Position numbers and translations under genes: made by a program. From NCBI GenBank assembly GCA_965116905.1, contig OZ220732.1:1632001-1696000 (forward strand): a stretch of DNA of 64,000 nucleotides, written 5' to 3'. Below the pieces are notes generated by a model that saw only the letters and a list, made by a program, of their open reading frames with translations, had not been told where the DNA came from and did not search any database. Position 1 is the stretch's first letter, and each line of letters starts with the position of its first letter. Shown here piece by piece: positions 17,353-26,195 of the stretch. This DNA comes from Longimicrobiales bacterium. GTDB lineage: Bacteria > Gemmatimonadota > Gemmatimonadetes > Longimicrobiales > Gaopeijiaceae.

Positions 17353-18773
17353 TATACCAGCCTCATGTCGTCGGGATCCCAGCGGACGATCCGGTCCTCG
17401 AAGTAGCTGAGGTTGCAGGCCAGCGCCGGGGCGGCCGCGCGCATCCCGAAGGCCGCGTCCTCGAGCGCCGGAGGGCCGCCGCGGATCGCCTGGAAAAAGT
17501 TGAAGAAGTGGTCGACATGGGCACCGCGGTAGCCGCGCTCGACCTCGTATCGGGTCTCGGCCGGGGGCAGCATGCGAACCCGTGCGGGGAGGCCGCCTTC
17601 GCCCGCCGCCGCTTCGGCCATCTTCTCCTGCGAGAAGGCGTCCATGGGGTCGACCGCAACGTTCTTGCGAAGCACAACATCGGTCCACGTCACGTCCATC
17701 GCGCCTTCGCTCCCGACCAGGCGGAGGAAGGTGCTGCCCGAAGTCCCGTCCACGAAGTTGACGCGGAGCGACAGGTTGAAGCCCGGGTGCGTGTCGGTTT
17801 CGGGGTAGTCGAAGACGCCGAGGAGCACGTCCGGCACCTCGCGGCCGTCCTTCCAGTAGCGGAGTCCCCCGGCGGCCTGGATGCGCGTGGGCCCGCGCGA
17901 GCCGACGACGAAGTGCAGGCTGGAGAACAGGTGCACGAAGAGGTCGCCGGCGACCCCGGTACCGTAGTCGCGGTAGTTGCGCCAGCGGAAGATGCGGAGC
18001 GGGTCGTACGGCCGGTCGGGGGCGGGTCCGAGGAAGCGTTTCCAGTCGACGGTGTCTTCCGATGCGTCCGGCGGAATGGGATACTGCCATGCTCCGATGG
18101 GATCGTTGCGCGCCCAGAAGCCCTCGGCGTAGTTGAGCTGGCCGATGGCGCCGGCCTCGTACAGCTCCTTGGCCTTCTCGTTGCCGAGCGAGCTCATGCC
18201 CTGGCTGCCCACCTGGAAGACCTGGCCCGACTCGCTCTGCGCGCGGATCAGGTCGTGGCCCTCGGCGATGTTGTGCACCATCGGCTTCTCGCAGTAGACG
18301 GCCTTGCCGGCGCTGAGCGCGTCGACCGAGATCGGCTGGTGCCAGTGATCGGGCGTGCCGACGATGATGGCGTCGACGTCGTCGCGGCTGATCACTTCGC
18401 GGTAGTCGCGCGTGGTGAAGATGTCGCCGTGGCGCTCGCGGGCGGCGTCGAGGCGGCCATCGAAAACGTCGCAGGCGGCGACGAGCTCCACGCCCGGGAT
18501 ACGGAGCGCGGTGTCGACATCGGCCATCCCCATGCCGCCGGCGCCGACCACGGCCAGGCCGATGCGGTCGGAGGGCGGGAGCTGGTTGGCCGGCTGCCGG
18601 TGGGGCGAGGCAATGTCCTGGCGGGACAGTGTCCGGTGCCTCACGCGGGTCTCACCCGACACCAGCGAAGGGAGGCCGGCGGCCAGCGCCGAGCCGGCCG
18701 CGACGGACTTGACGAACTTGCGCCGGCTACTGGCGGCGGGTCGCTCGGGACTGGACTTTCTCTCTTGGCTCAT
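17352..18773 (-). CDS. Gfo/Idh/MocA family oxidoreductase, Tat signal
   Basis: SRRKFVKS; VGAGGMG; GTPDHWH; YCEKP; FQVGSQ. Confidence 0.9.
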   Translation of the reverse strand: MSQERKSSPERPAASSRRKFVKSVAAGSALAAGLPSLVSGETRVRHRTLSRQDIASPHRQPANQLPPSDRIGLAVVGAGGMGMADVDTALRIPGVELVAACDVFDGRLDAARERHGDIFTTRDYREVISRDDVDAIIVGTPDHWHQPISVDALSAGKAVYCEKPMVHNIAEGHDLIRAQSESGQVFQVGSQGMSSLGNEKAKELYEAGAIGQLNYAEGFWARNDPIGAWQYPIPPDASEDTVDWKRFLGPAPDRPYDPLRIFRWRNYRDYGTGVAGDLFVHLFSSLHFVVGSRGPTRIQAAGGLRYWKDGREVPDVLLGVFDYPETDTHPGFNLSLRVNFVDGTSGSTFLRLVGSEGAMDVTWTDVVLRKNVAVDPMDAFSQEKMAEAAAGEGGLPARVRMLPPAETRYEVERGYRGAHVDHFFNFFQAIRGGPPALEDAAFGMRAAAPALACNLSYFEDRIVRWDPDDMRLV

Positions 18774-18873
18774 GGCTGCGGCTGCGTTGGAGGTCGGGAC
18801 GGCGGGCCCGGGCCCGCGGCTGGCCCGAAAACGTAAGCGCCTGCCGATCAGGTCAGCAAAGAAGGGGGAAAGA

Positions 18874-19482
18874 ATGAAGACGACGGCCGTGTTCCTGCTG
18901 CTGGCTTTCGGGGCTGCTGACGCCTGCCTCACTCGCTCCGTGCCCGACGCGGACCCCGTGCGGGTCGTCGTCGAGACCTCGATGGGCACCTTCGAACTGG
19001 ACGTGGACGTCGACCGAGCCCCCGTGACGGCCAACAACTTCCTCCGCTACGTCGATGGCGGCCACTACGATGGCGGCGCCTTCTTCCGCACCGTCCACGC
19101 GGCGAACCAGCCCAACGACTCGATCCGGATCGCTGTGGTGCAGGGCGGGCGGAACCCGGGGGCGGCGGCGGCGTCCCTCCCGCCGATCCCGCTGGAACGC
19201 ACCAGCGAAACCGGGATCCTTCACACCGACGGCGCGATCTCGATGGCGCGCGGCGGCCCCGACACCGCCACGCACAGCTTCTTCATCTGCATCGGCGACC
19301 AGCCGTCACTCGATTTCGGCGGCATGCGCAACCCGGACGGGCAGGGGTTCGCGGCGTTCGGGAGCGTGGTTGTGGGGATGGATGTGGTGCGCGCGATCCA
19401 TGAAGCGCCGTACGAGGCGCAGCAGCTCACGCCGGCGGTGGGGATCGTGAGGGCTTATCGGAAGATGAGTGGCGGGCGATGA
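18874..19482 (+). CDS. Cyclophilin-type peptidyl-prolyl cis-trans isomerase (exported)
   Basis: APVTANNFLRYV, FFRTV, VQGG, ISMARG, SFFIC, FAAFGSVV. Confidence 0.85.
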   Translation: MKTTAVFLLLAFGAADACLTRSVPDADPVRVVVETSMGTFELDVDVDRAPVTANNFLRYVDGGHYDGGAFFRTVHAANQPNDSIRIAVVQGGRNPGAAAASLPPIPLERTSETGILHTDGAISMARGGPDTATHSFFICIGDQPSLDFGGMRNPDGQGFAAFGSVVVGMDVVRAIHEAPYEAQQLTPAVGIVRAYRKMSGGR

Positions 19483-20470
19483 ACCTTGAAGTCCCCTTGG
19501 GCAACAGCAGGTCGTCTGAAATCGCAGCGATCTCTTCCGCTTCCTTCCAGGCCTGTTCGAGTCGCCATAGTTCGCCTTGGAGCGCTCGGCGTTCCTGTTC
19601 TTCGTGGAGCGCCATCTCGAGCCCGAGCCTGATCGGTTTCGGCATCTTGTTGACGTAGCCGTTGAGACCGTTCCGGCTGTAGTCGCCTTGCCGGCCGGCT
19701 ATGTCACGTACGAATCGCTGCGGTCCACCTCGGGATTCGATCTCGGAAACCGCTTGCCGTACGGCGCTGGCCCTTGCGCCCATGATGTTGAACGAGGGGA
19801 TGATCGTGGCCAGTGCGCGCCGAGCGTCCTCTCCCTCCAACCATTCGCGGTGGCTGCCAACCCATTTTCCGTTGGCAGTCTGTATTCGGAAGCCGACCTC
19901 GTCGTCGGTGGCTTCGATTCGCGTGGCCGACCCGACTTCGCCGGTCTTCATCGATGTAACTCTGCCGTCTGAACCGCGGATCCGGATGCGGGTTCGGGAC
20001 ATCCACATCTGGTAAGAGAACTGGGCGAGGTTCAGGGCGAAGGAGGCGCCACCGATTCCGATGAGCGCCCCGCCGGCTACGATCCCGCCGGCCGTCGCCA
20101 GGCCCGCGACGCTCCCGTACACAATCATCCGGTTGCGCCGCCTGCCAAACTGGTCCCCGTACCGCCACGCCGCGAACTCGGGCCTGAGCGGCTTCCCGAT
20201 CCGCACCAGTTCCAGCCCCTCGGGATGTCGCGCCAGCCCTACGTTCTCCGAGGAAGTGCGGAGTCGTGTGCCGCGGAAGAGCTTCTCGCACGTTTCCACA
20301 GCCTCCCAGCGCTCTTCCAGCGGAGTGAGGTTCCACCGCTCGCACCTGCGGCACACCACCCATAGCCGCCCCTTCGCCGCGTCGAAGGCCAGGCGGCGAC
20401 CCACAGGGAAGCTCTCAAGCACCTCGTTGGAGCCGAGCGACTTCTTGCAGAACATGCATGTGGTGTACAT
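19427..20470 (-). CDS. Hypothetical membrane protein with N-terminal CxxC...CxxC zinc-ribbon-like region
   Basis: MYTTCMFC...VVCRRCERW; central hydrophobic segment; C-terminal coiled helix; 347-aa ORF without low-complexity bias. Confidence 0.7.
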   Translation of the reverse strand: MYTTCMFCKKSLGSNEVLESFPVGRRLAFDAAKGRLWVVCRRCERWNLTPLEERWEAVETCEKLFRGTRLRTSSENVGLARHPEGLELVRIGKPLRPEFAAWRYGDQFGRRRNRMIVYGSVAGLATAGGIVAGGALIGIGGASFALNLAQFSYQMWMSRTRIRIRGSDGRVTSMKTGEVGSATRIEATDDEVGFRIQTANGKWVGSHREWLEGEDARRALATIIPSFNIMGARASAVRQAVSEIESRGGPQRFVRDIAGRQGDYSRNGLNGYVNKMPKPIRLGLEMALHEEQERRALQGELWRLEQAWKEAEEIAAISDDLLLPKGTSRFIARHSSSDKPSRSPPPA

Positions 20471-20546
20471 GGCTTAGCTTACGTGGATGACACCTTTCAC
20501 GGAGTCATTGGAAGCCGGCCGCCTCCCCGAGTCAAGGAACGTTACC

Positions 20547-20924
20547 GTGAGACACCTCATCGCCGTGATACTCGCCAGTTTGCTCGCCCCGCCGGCCCTC
20601 GCGCAGCATCGAGCCTCTCCCGGCCCCTGGGAGGGTCACGCGGAAGAAAGGACGGACGAAGTCTTCTACGGCTTTGCCGCCGTGGGCATGGCAACGGGGA
20701 TTGTGGTCGCCTCGCAGGTATGCTCGGACGACAAGCGCCAACGCATCGGGCTGGGGCTCGAGTCCGGGGGGATCTGCCGCGAGAGCAAGCACTGGTCGCG
20801 GCTGAACGGTGCGATTCTGGGTACGGGCGTGGGCGTCTTGACGTGGTGGCTGTTCCGCAAGGCGAAGCCGTTCGACTCGGTGTCGGTGGGCGAGTTTGTG
20901 ACGTTCAGGATACCGCTGGGCTAG
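20547..20924 (+). CDS. Small hypothetical exported/membrane protein
   Basis: AAGGA SD before GTG at 20547; signal peptide VRHLIAVILASLLAPPALA; two hydrophobic segments. Confidence 0.55.
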   Translation: MRHLIAVILASLLAPPALAQHRASPGPWEGHAEERTDEVFYGFAAVGMATGIVVASQVCSDDKRQRIGLGLESGGICRESKHWSRLNGAILGTGVGVLTWWLFRKAKPFDSVSVGEFVTFRIPLG

Positions 20925-21173
20925 CAGTCCGTGGACAAAATCCCCCCGGCATTCGAGCGGCGATGCATCCGGGCCGGACGCTCGGCCTCACCTCATCAAA
21001 CTGTAAATCAAAATTTACACGATGTCATGTTTACCTTACATATTCGGTTGTCGGGGCCGCGCTCTGCGTTGCTCCTCGGGCCCGTAGCGCTGCTACTGGC
21101 CCTTCGTCGCGCCTTGCCGGCCCGGCGCCTCGCCGCTCTCGGTGCTCGGGCGGCTTCATCCACGGACTGCTAG
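20921..21173. mobile_element. MITE-like non-autonomous element bounded by perfect inverted repeats with CTAG ends
   Basis: CTAGCAGTCCGTGGA at 20921-20935 and TCCACGGACTGCTAG at 21159-21173; no transposase inside. Confidence 0.75.
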
Positions 21174-21216
21174 TTCCCGAGGCGTCCCAACCCCGGCAGC
21201 AGCACCTTCCGCACCC

Positions 21217-22770
21217 CTACTGGCCCGGTGGCCCTCCCGGCCCCGGCGGCGGCTCCCCCAGGACGAAATCCCGCCGGTAGTACAGGGTGCCGCGCTTGAC
21301 CGTCAACTCCACCGAGCGGAGGCTCTCCGCGCCGGCCAGCGGGTCCTCGCGCAGGAACGCGATGTTGGCGTGCTTGCCGGGTTCCAGCGTGCCGATCGTG
21401 TCCTCCAGGCCGAGGGCGACCGCGCCGTGGTAGCTGGCCGCCTTCAGCACCTCCAGCATCGGCATGCCCACTTCCTCGTGCAGCAGGCGGATCTCCTCGT
21501 GGAGCGCCGGGAAGAGGGAATCGGGCGGGGTCATGCCGTCCGTGCCCGCGGCGATCATAACGCCGGCCTCGTAGGCCTTCCGCGTCAGGGCCATCGCGTC
21601 GGCCGTCTCGCACCTTGGACGCACGCCGCGGCGGCGGCGGTCGATCGGGGGAACGGGTGGGCGGTCCGGGCGGCCCTGGCGGGCGCGGGCGCTGTCCCCG
21701 GCGGCGCGCGGACCGCGTGCCCGGGCGGAGTCCCCAGCTGCACCCGCGGGCCGCGCCCCCACCGTATCCACCGCCGCCATGCGCCGCTGCCCGACCTGGA
21801 CCACGATCCGCAGCGTCGCGTCCAGGACCGTCCCGTTCCGCCGCATCGCCGCGAAGACCGAGTCGATCGCCGGGTCGTCGGGGTCCACGTCCACGAACCC
21901 GGAACGCAGCCCCTCCTGCCCTTCCTGGAACACGTCGTCGGGGATCGCCGCGCTGCCGACGTCGCATACATGAGACATCGCGCGTACGCCCGCGCGCGCA
22001 ACCTCCAGCGCCCGTGCGGGCCCGACGTGCACGTGCGCCCACACCGGGATCCCCTGCCGGCGGGCCTCGGCCGCGATTGCCGCGAGCAGGTCCCCGTCGA
22101 TCGCCGCGTAGGTCTTGATCCCGGTCGCCCAGGTCCCCCGTGCCAGCGTCACGGCCTCGCGCAGGTCCGTCTCCTCGGTGATCGCCTGCATCCAGGTAAC
22201 CGCGCCCGGCGTCTCACCCGCCGCCGACGACACCGTGCGCGGGTCGGTGAAGAACTCGGGGCCGGCCATCAGCGCCGCAAAGCGCAGGTCGGGCGCGTCG
22301 ATCTCCTTCACGAGCGAAGCCCGCTGCAGGTCCATGAGCGAGCGTACGTCGCCCGCCATGTCCCGCGCCGTCGTGATGCCGCCGTAAAGCTGGCGGTTGA
22401 GGATGAACTCGGCCCGGGCGCGGTTCGCCATCGTGGCCACGTGAGTATGCGACTCGATCAGGCCCGGGATCGCGAACCACGCACTTGCATCCACCACTTC
22501 GGCCCCATCGCGCCGCTCGGCGCCCAGTTCGCCCACAGGAAGGACCGCGACGATCTCTTCCCCCTCCAGAACAATGGCCATATCGGTCCGCGGGGGAGCG
22601 CCTGTGCCGTCGATCACCGTCGCGCCCTCGAAGATGATCCTGGCGGGGGGCTCCGCCTCCGCGTCCGGCACCTGGGCCTGCAGACGCCCGCTCGAAGCCG
22701 GCAACACCCCGACCATCACCCCGGCCGCCGACGCCATCAGGACCGCGATTGCCTTGTCGCGTGCGTTCAT
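21217..22770 (-). CDS. Secreted amidohydrolase family protein
   Basis: Signal peptide; GATVIDGTG; IPGLIESHTH; GITTARD; AHVH; AGTD; GTLEPGKHA. Confidence 0.85.
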   Translation of the reverse strand: MNARDKAIAVLMASAAGVMVGVLPASSGRLQAQVPDAEAEPPARIIFEGATVIDGTGAPPRTDMAIVLEGEEIVAVLPVGELGAERRDGAEVVDASAWFAIPGLIESHTHVATMANRARAEFILNRQLYGGITTARDMAGDVRSLMDLQRASLVKEIDAPDLRFAALMAGPEFFTDPRTVSSAAGETPGAVTWMQAITEETDLREAVTLARGTWATGIKTYAAIDGDLLAAIAAEARRQGIPVWAHVHVGPARALEVARAGVRAMSHVCDVGSAAIPDDVFQEGQEGLRSGFVDVDPDDPAIDSVFAAMRRNGTVLDATLRIVVQVGQRRMAAVDTVGARPAGAAGDSARARGPRAAGDSARARQGRPDRPPVPPIDRRRRGVRPRCETADAMALTRKAYEAGVMIAAGTDGMTPPDSLFPALHEEIRLLHEEVGMPMLEVLKAASYHGAVALGLEDTIGTLEPGKHANIAFLREDPLAGAESLRSVELTVKRGTLYYRRDFVLGEPPPGPGGPPGQ

Positions 22771-22801
22771 GACCTCGGCGTCTCCTTGCTCCTGCCGGGC
22801 T

Positions 22802-24118
22802 CTACCGGACCTCCACCGGCACCGTCCGGACGACGATGGTGGGTACGTCGAACTCGTCCAGCTCGATGAAGGCAACGCGCCCGTCGGGCCCGAAAGCCGC
22901 CGGCATCTCCGTCTGGTCCTCGCCGAATGTGCCCACGTACTCGCCGTCCGCGCCGAAGACATCGATGGGGCCCTCGTCGTCCCACGGTTCCTCGCCCCGG
23001 CGCTGAACCCACAGGCTCCCGTTCCAGGTGGCCCGGATCGCGCGTATCACGGGGATTTCGTCGAAGAAGGGCGCATTCTCGATCCCCTCGCGTATGGCGT
23101 CTCCACTGCCGCTCATGAGGTCCACCAGGCCCCGCATCGCCTCCGGAGCTTCCTCCGCCTCACTCTGGAATTCCTCGATCCGCTGCTCGATCGTTGCCGC
23201 TCGGATTCGCGGCGTAACCCGTTCGGGACGCAGCGGGCGTGTCAGCACGGCGAGGACCGACCCGTCGGGGGCCCGCAGCCTGATTGCGTATGCCGAGGAA
23301 TCGGAGTAGGCGATGGTGCCGTCGGGGAGGAGATCCCAGTGGAGTGCGGGCTCGTAGTGGGTGACTTGCCCGAACATGCTCCCCATCATTGCGGATACGT
23401 TCGTCAGGTCGCTGGCGCTCAGCTCCGGCGCGGGCTCGGACGGCGGGGACCAGGCCTGCAGGACCGGTTCGGCGGCGACGACATCGCCGGACAGGTCCAG
23501 CCGCTCGATGCCGTGATCGTCGACTCCGTCAGGCGTCTCGATCTCCAGTCCCATCATCTCGGCCATCGCGGTCGACAATCCGCCGAGCATGCCCGGCACC
23601 CCCTGTGCGAGCAGGGACCCGCCGTCGGGTTCGCCACGCAGCGCGCTGCGCATCCTGGTCATCATCGCCAACGGGTTGTCGTCTCCGCCCATGTTGACTA
23701 AGCGCTCCAGCTCGCCCGCCGGATCGAAGAGCTGGTAGGCGCTGTGCCCCATGTCGGCGACGGCGATCCGGCCATCCCGCCAGACCACCAGGTCTCCGGC
23801 GGACCGGAATTCTCCGGGTCCCTCCCCCGGGCCACCGATGGTTCGGACCAGCTGCCCTTCCGGGCCGATCACAACGACCTGGGCCGCCAGGACATCCAGC
23901 ATGAACAGGTTGCCGGATTCGTCGAAGCCCATCGATCCGGGCATGGTGAACTGCGCCCACTCGGGAGCGGCGACCCCGCCGACGCGATAGACCTCGTCGA
24001 AACTTGCGTCCAGCGGGCGATCCCGGTCCTGGGCGGTGGCGGGAGCGACGGAGGCGGTGGAGCAGGCGGTGGCCACGATTGCGGCGGCACGCAAACACGT
24101 GCTGACAACGGTTCTCAC
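22802..24118 (-). CDS. 6-bladed beta-propeller (NHL/TolB-like) exported protein
   Basis: Signal peptide; IGGPGEGPGEF motif; C-terminal DVFGADGEYVG...ELDEFDVPTIVV. Confidence 0.7.
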   Translation of the reverse strand: MRTVVSTCLRAAAIVATACSTASVAPATAQDRDRPLDASFDEVYRVGGVAAPEWAQFTMPGSMGFDESGNLFMLDVLAAQVVVIGPEGQLVRTIGGPGEGPGEFRSAGDLVVWRDGRIAVADMGHSAYQLFDPAGELERLVNMGGDDNPLAMMTRMRSALRGEPDGGSLLAQGVPGMLGGLSTAMAEMMGLEIETPDGVDDHGIERLDLSGDVVAAEPVLQAWSPPSEPAPELSASDLTNVSAMMGSMFGQVTHYEPALHWDLLPDGTIAYSDSSAYAIRLRAPDGSVLAVLTRPLRPERVTPRIRAATIEQRIEEFQSEAEEAPEAMRGLVDLMSGSGDAIREGIENAPFFDEIPVIRAIRATWNGSLWVQRRGEEPWDDEGPIDVFGADGEYVGTFGEDQTEMPAAFGPDGRVAFIELDEFDVPTIVVRTVPVEVR

Positions 24119-24358
24119 AATTCCTTGTCCTGTCTTTTGGCCGGGTTCGCACCGCGGCTTGGACGTCGCCGCCCACCCTCGGACAATGTACGCAATTCCC
24201 GGGTGCTCTGTTCACCGGCGGCCCGGCGGCCCGGCGCGCACTCGTCGGCTGCCCCACGCGGACCCGCCCGGCGGCCCTGCCGGCCCAACCGGCTTTTGCT
24301 CCCGGGAACAGATGACGTACTTTTAGGATTACCCCTTTTTTGAAGGAGTTTCCGCCAC

Positions 24359-25321
24359 GTGTCTTCCTCAGCACATCTGGCGTTTGAGCGGGACATAGTC
24401 GAGTTGGAGGACCAGATTGCCCGTCTGCGGGAGATGGCCTCCAAGCGTGGCCTGGACGTGGCCGACGAGATCCGCGTCCTGACCGGCAAGCTCGATGTGC
24501 TTCGCGACGAGACGTATCGCAACCTGACCCCGATGGAGCAGGTGCAGGTTGCCCGCCACCCGAAACGCCCGTACACCCTGGATTACGTGTCGGGGATCTT
24601 CACCGACTGGTTCGAGCTCAAGGGCGACCGGGGCTACCGCAACGACGAGGCGATCGTGGGCGGGTGGGCCCGGCTGAACGGCCAGTCCATCATGGTGATC
24701 GGGCACCAGAAGGGCCGGGACATGAAGGCGAACCTGCGCCGCAACTTCGGGATGCCCCACCCGGAAGGCTACCGCAAGGCGCTCCGCCTCATGCGCATGG
24801 CGGAGAAGTTCGGGCGTCCCGTCGTGACGATGATCGACACCCCGGGCGCCTATCCGGGCTTCGGCGCGGAGGAGCGCGGCCAGGCGGAGGCGATCGCCAC
24901 GAACCTGCGCGAGATGGCGCGCCTGCGGGTCCCGACGATTTCGGTGGTGATCGGTGAGGGCGGCTCCGGCGGCGCCCTGGCCCTGGGCGTCACGGACCGC
25001 ATCCTGGTGCTCGAGCACTCGATCTACTCGGTGATCTCGCCCGAGGGATGCGCCGCCATCCTGTGGCGGTCCGCCGACGAGCGGGAAAGCGCCGCGCGGG
25101 CGTTGCGGCTGACGTCTGCCGATCTGTTGTCGCTGGGCGTGGCGGACGAGCTGATTCCGGAACCGCCGGGCGGGGCTCATGCCGATCCCGAGTCCGCGAT
25201 GACCGCGCTCGGCGACGCCCTTCAGCGGCACCTCGACGAACTTGGCGGAATTGCGCCCGACGACATGTTGGCGCGGCGCTGGGCCAAGTACGAGGCCCTC
25301 GGCGAATGGACCGAGGTGTAG
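24359..25321 (+). CDS. accA: Acetyl-CoA carboxylase carboxyltransferase alpha subunit
   Basis: LAFE, ARHPKRPYTLDY, NFGMPHPEGYRKA, GEGGSGGAL, YSVISPEGCAAILW. Confidence 0.97.
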   Translation: MSSSAHLAFERDIVELEDQIARLREMASKRGLDVADEIRVLTGKLDVLRDETYRNLTPMEQVQVARHPKRPYTLDYVSGIFTDWFELKGDRGYRNDEAIVGGWARLNGQSIMVIGHQKGRDMKANLRRNFGMPHPEGYRKALRLMRMAEKFGRPVVTMIDTPGAYPGFGAEERGQAEAIATNLREMARLRVPTISVVIGEGGSGGALALGVTDRILVLEHSIYSVISPEGCAAILWRSADERESAARALRLTSADLLSLGVADELIPEPPGGAHADPESAMTALGDALQRHLDELGGIAPDDMLARRWAKYEALGEWTEV

Positions 25322-25352
25322 CAGCCCGTGGACACGGACCGTTAGAGCCAGC

Positions 25353-26195
25353 ATGTCCGGTTTCGCCGAGGTGAGCTTCAAGGGCACGCGCCGGGGCTAT
25401 TTCCGGTTCGACGCGCTCGACCTGTCACCGGGCGACCGCGTGATCGTGCAGTCGGACCGCGGCGAGGACCTGGGGCGGGTCACGGCGCTGGGAAGCATCG
25501 CCGAGCGCAAGTGCTCCTCGTCGGGTGGCTGCGCGACGCCGACGCCCTCGCTGCGCGTGATCCGGCGCGCGGGTGCCGAAGAGGTGAACCGCGCGCGTCA
25601 CAAGGCCGAGGACGAACGGCGCGCCCGCACCGAGACGCGGGAGCACGTCGCGCGCCACGGCCTCAAGATGAAGGTCACCGAGACCGAGTGGCAGTTCGAC
25701 CGCAAGAAGCTGATCATCTATTTCACCGCCGAGAAGCGGGTGGATTTCCGTGCCCTGGTGCGCGACCTGGCACGGGCGTTCCGCACCCGTATCGAACTCA
25801 GGCAGATCGGCGTCCGTGACGAAGCCGCGCTGCTGGGCGGGGTGGGGCGGTGCGGACGCGAGCTGTGCTGCTCGACGTGGCTCCCCGAACTGAGGCCCGT
25901 GAGCCTGCAGCTGGCCAAGGACCAGAGCCTGTCGCTCAATCCGGCCCAGATTTCGGGGTGTTGCGGCCGGCTCATGTGCTGTCTGATGTACGAACACCAG
26001 AGCTACGTGGAGGCCCGCCGCCGGTTCCCCCGCGAGGGCCGGAAGATCCGCACGGGACTGGGCTACGAGCGCGTGACCAGCGTGAACATCTTCACCGAAA
26101 CGATCACGCTCCGGAGCGACGACGGTCAGCAGCGGGTCGTGACCGTCGCCGAGCTGAAGGAAGAGATGGCGACCGGGCAGGGGAGACGGAAGTGA
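25353..26195 (+). CDS. ricT: PSP1-domain protein RicT/YaaT
   Basis: YFTAEKRVDFRALV, RIELRQIGVRDEA, CGRELCC, ISGCCGRLMCCLMYE. Confidence 0.9.
   Translation: MSGFAEVSFKGTRRGYFRFDALDLSPGDRVIVQSDRGEDLGRVTALGSIAERKCSSSGGCATPTPSLRVIRRAGAEEVNRARHKAEDERRARTETREHVARHGLKMKVTETEWQFDRKKLIIYFTAEKRVDFRALVRDLARAFRTRIELRQIGVRDEAALLGGVGRCGRELCCSTWLPELRPVSLQLAKDQSLSLNPAQISGCCGRLMCCLMYEHQSYVEARRRFPREGRKIRTGLGYERVTSVNIFTETITLRSDDGQQRVVTVAELKEEMATGQGRRK

Noticed and set aside
15919..18090. 723-aa ORF as a single protein
   Set aside because: The N-terminal 246 aa are an Arg/Pro-rich off-frame overlap with the oxidoreductase; the real start is 17352. Similar over-extensions were trimmed at 12187, 18412, 25850, 28423, 47130 and 54552.
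20931..21173. 80-aa ORF inside the MITE-like element as a transposase remnant
   Set aside because: No DDE or HTH-like features; likely incidental.
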